A stretch of DNA of 60,303 nt, filler included. It is 3 parts of 3 records of this genome, joined end to end, with 100 filler letters (N's around TTAATTAATTAA, not from the genome) between each part and the next. Parts side by side here need not be neighbours in the genome. Positions count along the whole stretch, not along the records: positions 53,691 to 60,303 come from DRR723986_2322; 2 more parts are not named here. The stretch is one strand, 5' to 3'. The number at the start of each line of letters is the position of its first letter. Positions within the stretch are counted from its first letter, which is position 1. Positions 58,954 through 60,303 of the stretch are shown here, in pieces. Both the position numbers and the translations under genes were made by a program. The notes beneath the pieces were generated by a model. That model had not been told where the DNA came from. It saw nothing but the letters and a program-made list of their open reading frames with translations, and made no database searches.

Positions 58954-58982
58954 TTGACAAGCGCGAGACCCTTCCCTATAGG
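58954..58982 (+). promoter_or_regulatory. Sigma70-type promoter of the rpmH operon
   Basis: TTGACA-N17-TATAGG. Confidence 0.7.
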
Positions 58983-59054
58983 CAGGGCTTCGAATGACCC
59001 TGGAAGGCGAGTCACCTTGGTGGCCCTTGCCACCAATGTACCGGAGTAGCCGCG

Positions 59055-59189
59055 ATGAAACGCACTTTTCAGCCGTCGAACCTCGTTCGCAAGCGTCGCC
59101 ACGGGTTCCGCGCCCGCATGGCAACCAAAGCTGGCCGCAAGATCCTGAACGCGCGCCGCGCCCGCGGTCGCAAGGTTCTGAGCGCCTGA
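59055..59189 (+). CDS. rpmH: 50S ribosomal protein L34
   Basis: [44 protein letters not shown]; not in the ORF track. Confidence 0.98.
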   Translation: MKRTFQPSNLVRKRRHGFRARMATKAGRKILNARRARGRKVLSA

Positions 59190-59218
59190 CCCGTATCCCA
59201 TTGGGGAGCGTGGAGGAC

Positions 59219-59605
59219 ATGACGAAAGAAGCCGCCCGGCAAATGCCCGAGGCGGCTCTTTTGCCATTGGAGCGCCTGCGCAAGCGGCCTGACTTCCTGC
59301 GCGCGGCCCGCGCGCGGCGGGTGCCCTGCCCCGCCTTCCTGCTGCAGGCCCGCGAACGCGCGCCCGGCGAGGCGGCAGAGGCGATTCGCGTGGGGTTCAC
59401 CTGCTCGAAGAAGGTCGGCAACGCCGTTGCCCGGAACCGCGCCAAGCGTCGCCTGCGCGAGATCGCGCGCCTTGCCCTGCCCGGTCTTGGCCGCGCGGGA
59501 TGGGACTACGTGCTCATCGGCCGCCCCGGCGAGACCGCCGACCGTGAGTTTTCGGCCCTGCTGAACGACCTCGAACGCGCCCTGCACAAGCTGCACGGCG
59601 CGTGA
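59219..59605 (+). CDS. rnpA: Ribonuclease P protein component
   Basis: '[25 protein letters not shown]'. Confidence 0.95.
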   Translation: MTKEAARQMPEAALLPLERLRKRPDFLRAARARRVPCPAFLLQARERAPGEAAEAIRVGFTCSKKVGNAVARNRAKRRLREIARLALPGLGRAGWDYVLIGRPGETADREFSALLNDLERALHKLHGA

Positions 59606-59823
59606 GCCCGCTGGCGCATATCGCCGCCCTGCCCGTCCGGGCTTATCGCCTGCTGCTCAGCCCCTGGGTTGGCCACGGCTGCCGTTTCCATCCCACCTGC
59701 TCTGCCTATGCCATTGAAGCGCTTGAGAAACACGGCGCGCTGCGCGGCGGATGGCTGACACTCCGGCGGCTGGCCCGCTGCCACCCGTGGGGCGGCTCCG
59801 GTATCGACAACGTGCCCGACTGA
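59602..59823 (+). CDS. yidD: Membrane protein insertion efficiency factor YidD
   Basis: '[10 protein letters not shown]', 'RCHPWGGSG'. Confidence 0.95.
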   Translation: MSPLAHIAALPVRAYRLLLSPWVGHGCRFHPTCSAYAIEALEKHGALRGGWLTLRRLARCHPWGGSGIDNVPD

Positions 59824-59946
59824 GCGCGGGGGCGCATCGCGCCCAGCCCGCCCAGGCCTGCACCCGGGCGCTTCGCCCTTGCCGCTATGGGCCGTGAAGA
59901 CAGGATAGCGCTTGCCCAGACCGAGGCGGAGACGTATCTCCGCCCC

Positions 59947-60303
59947 ATGCTCGACGACGCCGAAGACATCCATCCGCTCTTTCACGGGGCGCCCAAGACG
60001 ACGGAGTTCAAGAAGCTCCGCAAACGCCTCGTGCAGAATGTGCGCGAGGCCGTGGACCAATACGGCATGATCGAGGAGGGCGCGCGCTGGCTTGTCTGCC
60101 TGTCCGGCGGCAAGGACAGCTACACGCTGCTCGCGATCCTGCACGAGCTGCAATGGCGCGGCCTTCTGCCGGTGGATATCCTGGCCTGCAACCTCGATCA
60201 GGGGCAGCCGGGCTTCCCCGCCACGGTGCTTCCCGAGTTCCTCGAACGGATGAAGGTGCCGCACCGGATCGAGTATCAGGACACCTATTCCATCGTCATG
60301 GAC
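59947..60303 (+). CDS. ttcA: tRNA 2-thiocytidine(32) synthetase (5' part)
   Basis: '[13 protein letters not shown]', '[10 protein letters not shown]', 'QDTYSIV'; runs off the window end. Confidence 0.93.
   Translation, partial: MLDDAEDIHPLFHGAPKTTEFKKLRKRLVQNVREAVDQYGMIEEGARWLVCLSGGKDSYTLLAILHELQWRGLLPVDILACNLDQGQPGFPATVLPEFLERMKVPHRIEYQDTYSIVMD

Noticed and set aside
56611-59445. 944-aa ORF suggesting a large fusion protein
   Set aside because: The upstream half is an off-frame read of TVP38 and the antisense of rpmH/rnpA; the real gene starts at 58026.

Overview
GC-rich alphaproteobacterial DNA, most likely Rhodobacteraceae (roseobacter-like). It is three contigs joined by artificial N-TTAATTAATTAA-N linkers (22536-22635, 53591-53690), so adjacency across the gaps has no biological meaning. 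Contig 1 (1-22535) holds housekeeping and stress genes: MATE, a pair of secreted MVL-type lectin genes, gltX, a STAS-less SulP, a SoxR locus with its operator, a TetR/PspA/YiaAB module with four operators, nadE, a MORN-repeat protein, a CryB-type photolyase, GST, and leuA with its Leu-rich leader. It also holds an AT-richer islet of about 2.5 kb (18.9-21.4 kb). That islet contains an unannotated reverse-transcriptase C-terminal remnant facing a small secreted 6-Cys gene, both bracketed by 10-bp inverted repeats, plus other orphan exported proteins and gene stubs. Contig 2 (22636-53590) carries a flagellar cluster (fliQ to motB) with CtrA-like boxes, a LysR/MttB/PanE-like/FAH operon, an HX5D acyltransferase, xth, a triple-palindrome element and cnoX. 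Contig 3 (53691-60303) carries a ParA-like gene, a histidine kinase, a disulfide oxidoreductase/TVP38 pair and rpmH-rnpA-yidD-ttcA. All family calls come from motif recognition by eye; no searches were run.
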